Source of the DNA: Sandaracinaceae bacterium
GTDB taxonomy: Bacteria > Myxococcota_A > Polyangia > Polyangiales > Sandaracinaceae
Reading direction: 5' to 3'
Assembly: GCA_044220955.1 (NCBI GenBank)
Contig: JBGAQA010000052.1
Location: 1 to 46,266, forward strand
Length of the DNA: 46,266 nt
In this document: in pieces, positions 43,598 to 46,266 of the stretch
Layout of the letters: every line of letters begins with the position of its first letter
Position numbering within the stretch: the stretch's first letter is position 1
Position numbers and translations under genes: made by a program
Notes under the pieces: model-generated
Databases searched by the model: none
Seen by the model: only the letters and a program-made list of their open reading frames with translations
Told to the model about the DNA's origin: nothing

Positions 43598-45513
43598 GCT
43601 GGCTCGGCTCGACCGAGCGCGAGCTCTTGCTCGCGATCTGCGAGGCCGTGATCCCCGCAGGCGAGCGCACGCCCGGGGCCGACGCGCGCACGGTCGAGCG
43701 GATCGAGCGCTTCCTCAGCGGTCTGCCCGAGGCCCACCGCAGCGCGATCCGAGGGATGCTCGTCGCGATCGACGCGGCGAGCCTCGCGCGCTCGGCCACG
43801 CGGTTCGCGTCGCTCCCGCCCCAGCCCCGGCGCGCCTTGCTCGAGACCCTCGAGCGCGTCGACGCGACGCGCCTCCTGGTCCACGGCACCCTCGCGATCG
43901 TGAAGCTGCACCACTTCGCGACGCGCGAGGCGCAGGCCGCGCTCGGCCACGCGGCGCCGCCCCCGGTCGCGGGCCGCGAGAACCCGCGCTGGCTCTCGCA
44001 GATCGTCGACGCCGGCGCGCAGGGCGGCGACGTCGACCTCGAGGCGGACGTGGTCGTCGTGGGCACCGGCGCAGGGGGCGCGCCGGTCGCGGCCGAGCTC
44101 GCCTCGCGCGGCTTCGCCGTGCTCCTCCTCGAGAGCGGGCGACACCACGATCGCAGCGAGCTCGGCGGCGCGCCGGTGGAGATGCTGCGGCGCCTCTATC
44201 GTCACGCCGGCCTCACCGGCGCCGTCGGCAACACCGTGATCCCGATCCCCGTGGGTCGGACCGTCGGCGGCACGACCACCATCAACTCCGGGACGTGCTT
44301 CCGTCCGCCGACGAGCGTGCTGCGGGGCTGGGCGGCGCGAGGGCTCGTCGGCCTCTCGCCCGATCGCATGGCGCCCTACGTCGACCGTGTCTGGAGCGAC
44401 CTCGCGGTCGGCCCCTCGACGCGCACGGCCATCGGCGACGTGGGGCGGCTGATCGCGCGAGGCGCCGACGCGCTCGGCTGGTCGCACCACCCGCTCGATC
44501 GCAACGCGCCGGGCTGCGACGGCCGCGGCCTCTGCTGCTTCGGCTGCCCCACCGGCGCCAAGCGCTCGACGGACGTCTCGTACGTGCCGCGCGCGCTCGG
44601 GCTCGGGGCGCAGCTGCTCACGGGGGTGGACGTCGAGCGCGTGCTCCTCGAGCGGGACCGCGCCGTCGGCGTCGAGGGCCGCGCACGCGCCTCCGACGGG
44701 CGATCCGTGCGGGTGCGGGTGCGGGCCTCGGTGGTGGTGCTCTCGTGCGGCGCCCTTCACACACCCGCGCTGCTCGCGGCCCAGGGCCTCTGCGATGCGT
44801 CGGGCGAGCTCGGCAAGAACCTGTCGATCCATCCGGCCACGTCCGCCGTCGGGATCATGCCGGACGCGGTGGCGGGCTGGAACGCGGTCCCCCAGGGCTA
44901 CTGCATCGACGAGTTCGTGGGCGAAGGGATGCTCTTCGAGGGCGCGACGACACCGCCCGAGCTGCTCGCGTCGGTGCTGCCCGGCGCGGGGCCCAGCTAC
45001 GTCTCCCTCGTGGAGCAGGCGAGCCACATGCTCGCCTTCGGGCTGATGATCCGCGACGAGTCGCGAGGCCGCGTCCGCGCGGGCCCGGGCCGCGAGCCGG
45101 TGGTGTCCTACTGGCTCGGTGACGGCGACGTCCGCCGCCTCACGCGGGGGCTCGCGCGTCTGGCGCGCGTGTACTTCGCCGCGGGCGCGCACGAGGTCGT
45201 CGTGCCGGTGGCCGGCATCGAGCGCCTGCGCAGCGTGCGTGACGTCGAGGCGCTCGAGGGCGCGCACGTGCGGGCCCGGCAGCTCGACGTGAGCGCCTAC
45301 CACCCGCTCGGCACGGCCACGATGGGGATCGACCCCTTCCAGTCCGTCGTGGGCCCCGATCACGAGACGCACGACGTGCTGGATCTCTACGTCGTCGACG
45401 GCTCGTCCGTGCCCGGCCCGCCCGGCGTGAACCCGCAGATCACCATCATGGCGATGGCGCTGCGCGCCGCCGAGGGCATCGCCCGACGCCTGGAGCATCG
45501 AGCGGCGGCGTGA
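43594..45513 (+). CDS. GMC family FAD oxidoreductase (long-chain alcohol oxidase-like)
   Basis: DVVVVGTGAGG FAD motif, GRTVGGTTTINSG, C.G.G.CCFGCP.GAK, GALHTPALL, GKNLSIHP, SAYHPLGT, GVNPQITIMA. Confidence 0.92.
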   Translation: MSWLGSTERELLLAICEAVIPAGERTPGADARTVERIERFLSGLPEAHRSAIRGMLVAIDAASLARSATRFASLPPQPRRALLETLERVDATRLLVHGTLAIVKLHHFATREAQAALGHAAPPPVAGRENPRWLSQIVDAGAQGGDVDLEADVVVVGTGAGGAPVAAELASRGFAVLLLESGRHHDRSELGGAPVEMLRRLYRHAGLTGAVGNTVIPIPVGRTVGGTTTINSGTCFRPPTSVLRGWAARGLVGLSPDRMAPYVDRVWSDLAVGPSTRTAIGDVGRLIARGADALGWSHHPLDRNAPGCDGRGLCCFGCPTGAKRSTDVSYVPRALGLGAQLLTGVDVERVLLERDRAVGVEGRARASDGRSVRVRVRASVVVLSCGALHTPALLAAQGLCDASGELGKNLSIHPATSAVGIMPDAVAGWNAVPQGYCIDEFVGEGMLFEGATTPPELLASVLPGAGPSYVSLVEQASHMLAFGLMIRDESRGRVRAGPGREPVVSYWLGDGDVRRLTRGLARLARVYFAAGAHEVVVPVAGIERLRSVRDVEALEGAHVRARQLDVSAYHPLGTATMGIDPFQSVVGPDHETHDVLDLYVVDGSSVPGPPGVNPQITIMAMALRAAEGIARRLEHRAAA

Positions 45514-45607
45514 GCGCTCGGCTCGGTCGGCGACGAGCTCCGCGTGCGCGGACGCGCGAGCGCTGTGCCAAGCACTGCCGGCACGCAACCTGCTCCCGCC
45601 GCTCGGC

Positions 45608-46266
45608 ATGAGCCGCGCCCTCCTGCTCGCCGCCGCCCTCGTCTCCTCGTCGGGGTGCCTCGCGCACGAGCGCCCCGGCGACCTGGATGCCGGTAGCCTC
45701 GCCGCGGATGCCGCGCCGATCGGCTCCGACGCCGCACCGATCGGGATCGACGTCGGCTTCGTCGAGGATGCCGGCCTGCCGGGCCCCGACTCGGGACGCT
45801 GCATGCCAGCGGCGCTCTCGACGATTCGCTTCGAGCCGCCGATCGCGCCGGCGACGGGCATCCCCGTCGTGTGGCTCGGCTACGACCACGACGCGGCGGA
45901 CGACGGCGCGCGCATCCACCTCGACCTGTGCGGGGGCGGGCCGCCGTGCCCGGTCGACCTCGTCGTGCCGCAGGTCGGGGACGCGCTGCGCGCGGTCCCG
46001 GGCGCGACCGGGATCGGGGGCACGCTCGACACCGACGGCAGCACCTACGCCGTGATCCACCTGCTCGACGCGCGCCGCTGCGCGAGCTGCGGCGGTCAGC
46101 TCGAGCTGCTCGCGGGCCGGCTCGTGTCCGGACTCGACGACGCGATCACGGTGAGCGCCGGCGCCGCGCTGCACGCGCAGGAGGAGACGCTCGAGGCGCT
46201 CGTGCGGCGCGCGGACGCCGCGCTCTACGAGGCCAAGCGCCGCGGCCGCGACCGCGTCGAAGTGGC
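45608..46266 (+). CDS. lipoprotein whose frame ends in a GGDEF C-terminal fragment (3' end beyond window)
   Basis: MSRALLLAAALVSSSGC lipobox-like signal, DAG-type linker, Cys pairs; from 46145 ITVSAGAA...ETLEALVRRADAALYEAKRRGRDRVEV. Missing from the ORF track because no stop occurs in the window. Confidence 0.7.
   Translation, partial: MSRALLLAAALVSSSGCLAHERPGDLDAGSLAADAAPIGSDAAPIGIDVGFVEDAGLPGPDSGRCMPAALSTIRFEPPIAPATGIPVVWLGYDHDAADDGARIHLDLCGGGPPCPVDLVVPQVGDALRAVPGATGIGGTLDTDGSTYAVIHLLDARRCASCGGQLELLAGRLVSGLDDAITVSAGAALHAQEETLEALVRRADAALYEAKRRGRDRVEV

Noticed and set aside
169..45861. Many long Arg/Ala/Pro-rich alternative ORFs (e.g. 169..2562, 13576..18129, 20117..22399, 27540..30335, 29368..31905, 43267..45861)
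   Set aside because: Stop-poor shadow frames expected at very high GC; each overlaps a gene with recognisable motifs and proper GC3 bias.

Overview
High-GC, gene-dense bacterial window that looks myxobacterial (Polyangia/Sandaracinaceae-like; inferred from the Cys-rich DAG-linker lipoproteins and a CglD-like adhesin). About 40 CDSs are supported: three giant repeat-rich surface lipoproteins, MutS2, a sirtuin, an LMF1-family protein, DUF3604, a parvulin-like/HupE-UreJ pair, two AlkP-superfamily enzymes, a metallophosphoesterase, OsmC, an NhaR-like LysR regulator, GT4, CopZ, NUDIX, and a FadR-family-controlled GMC oxidoreductase/aldehyde dehydrogenase cluster with two visible operators. Most long ORFs in the six-frame track are GC-rich shadow frames. 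Non-coding or unannotated signals read directly from the sequence: a 163-bp nested palindrome (8229-8391), an 87-bp structured repeat present twice in inverted orientation 20 kb apart, an internally deleted IstB relic, several genes with a -10 box exactly 6 nt before the start codon (leaderless), and a lipoprotein fused in frame to the tail of a GGDEF domain at the right edge. The best candidate for an uncharacterised system is a DUF3604 + non-catalytic parvulin + HupE/UreJ module, apparently split by a 9.7-kb adhesin block. No rRNA, tRNA or CRISPR array was seen. All family calls are by motif recognition, not database search.
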